Positions 58,851 to 59,818 of a stretch of DNA of 59,818 nucleotides are shown piece after piece. The position numbers were made by a program, and so were the translations under genes. This DNA comes from Methanobacteriota archaeon (lineage in GTDB: Archaea > Halobacteriota > Syntropharchaeia > Alkanophagales > Methanospirareceae). The notes under the pieces were generated by a model, which saw nothing but the letters and a program-made list of their open reading frames with translations, was not told where the DNA came from and made no database searches. The stretch spans positions 1 through 59,818 of the forward strand of contig JAYEII010000142.1 of assembly GCA_034660015.1 (NCBI GenBank), read 5' to 3'. Every line of letters begins with the position of its first letter. Position 1 is the stretch's first letter.

Positions 58851-59818
58851 TCACTCAGAACTTTTTTCTGAAACACCTGCTTCTTCAAATGTAGCCATCT
58901 CACGTAGTACTTTACACGACGCATCCACGAGGCTTATTCCCAATGCGGCTCCCGTTCCTTCCCCGAGTCGCATATTCAGATTGAATAAAGGTTCGAGTCC
59001 GATGTAATCCAAAATAGCTTGATGACCTGATTCAACGGATAGATGCGATGCAATGAGATAATCCTTTAACTTCGGACTGATTTCGTATGCGATAAGTGCT
59101 GCGGCACCGGAAATAAAACCATCAACGACAACGGGAATTCGGTGTGACGCAGCAGCGAGCATCACGCCAGCCATGCCGCCTATCTCAAACCCGCCTAATT
59201 TTGATAATATATCTATTGCGTCATCTCTATCGGGTTTATTAACCTCTAAAGCATTTTTTATCGTCTCCACCTTCATCTTTAACCCCGCGTCATCCAGACC
59301 CGTTCCACGCCCGGTTACGAACTCAACTGGCTTGTCTGTGATGAACGCGGCAATAGCACTACTGGCTGCTGTATTTCCTATTCCCATGTCACCCACACCC
59401 ACGATGTCCATGCCGCGCTCTATCTCATTCTCCAGAACGTCTATCCCCGCTTCTATTGTCCTTTTCGCATCGTCATAACTCATTGCCGCTCCTTTTGCCA
59501 TGTTAGCGGTTCCATAACCGATTTTCCTGTCTATGAACCCTCCTGCATGCTCTTGTGTGCGTTCAATATCCGCAGCCACGCCCATGTCCACGACCACAAC
59601 CCGTCCACCGGCATGTCTTGCAAGCACGTTTATTCCCGCACCGCCGCTTAAGAAATTATAAACCATTTGCGATGTTACATCCCTTGGATACGCACTCACG
59701 CCTTCATCTACAATGCCATGGTCACCCGCCATTGTTATTATTACCTTGTCGTTTATCTTAGGTATGTAATTCCCGGTAATGCCGGCGATTTTCACCGAGA
59801 GGTCTTCCAGAACGCCCA
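58851..59818 (-). CDS. cobT: nicotinate-nucleotide--dimethylbenzimidazole phosphoribosyltransferase CobT (N-terminus beyond the window)
   Basis: [14 protein letters not shown] signature and [10 protein letters not shown]. The frame remains open upstream of the track GTG (…[15 protein letters not shown]) to the window edge. Confidence 0.9.
   Translation of the reverse strand, partial: GVLEDLSVKIAGITGNYIPKINDKVIITMAGDHGIVDEGVSAYPRDVTSQMVYNFLSGGAGINVLARHAGGRVVVVDMGVAADIERTQEHAGGFIDRKIGYGTANMAKGAAMSYDDAKRTIEAGIDVLENEIERGMDIVGVGDMGIGNTAASSAIAAFITDKPVEFVTGRGTGLDDAGLKMKVETIKNALEVNKPDRDDAIDILSKLGGFEIGGMAGVMLAAASHRIPVVVDGFISGAAALIAYEISPKLKDYLIASHLSVESGHQAILDYIGLEPLFNLNMRLGEGTGAALGISLVDASCKVLREMATFEEAGVSEKSSE

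Overview
Archaeal chromosomal window. From gene content it is probably Methanosarcinales/ANME-2-like, but that is inference only. It is dominated by motility and signal-transduction genes. In order it contains: (1) the distal part of an archaellum operon (flaF/G-like, flaH, flaI, flaJ) and a few small membrane or acidic ORFs; (2) a secreted thrombospondin-type-3-repeat surface protein and housekeeping-type genes (GNAT, CheR-like methyltransferase, MBL hydrolase); (3) a block of PAS/GAF histidine kinases and receiver proteins interleaved with three intact and two decayed DUF4143-type AAA ATPase genes; (4) an MCP-cheW module; (5) a sensor kinase / receiver / stand-alone CheB-catalytic-domain module; (6) a soluble poly-HAMP MCP followed by a complete archaeal che operon (cheW-cheF-cheY-cheB-cheA-cheC-cheC-cheD, with convergent cheR); (7) cofC; (8) a decayed mobile-element island (IS remnant, AT-rich HNH-like two-gene cassette, truncated ABC-2 permease, truncated group II intron); (9) a partial cobT. 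I saw no rRNA, tRNA or CRISPR array. The most unusual property is the intergenic space. Almost every gap holds a modular hairpin repeat whose arms are short tandem units (10-mers of CACAGATTAA type, 7-mers GGCAATA/GGGACTA/CAGGATR, or CAAAAATTGC-type units). The dominant family has about 30 copies in 60 kb and is co-oriented with the genes. Its flank provides the stop codon or last codons of several upstream ORFs, and it ends in a conserved TATA-like tail spaced correctly for leaderless transcription of the downstream gene. Small nuclease-fold or four-helix-bundle genes (GxxExxY protein, two '23S rRNA intervening sequence'-type proteins) sit inside or between these hairpins, in a way that recalls REP/RAYT arrangements. 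They interrupt the archaellum operon, and one lies between convergent cheD and cheR. Other points of interest: perfect in-frame tandem repeats in flaI, in an MCP and in a coiled-coil nuclease-like gene; two tandem uncharacterised small ORFs inside the che operon; a small conserved paralog pair next to motility/taxis genes; and a split CheB.
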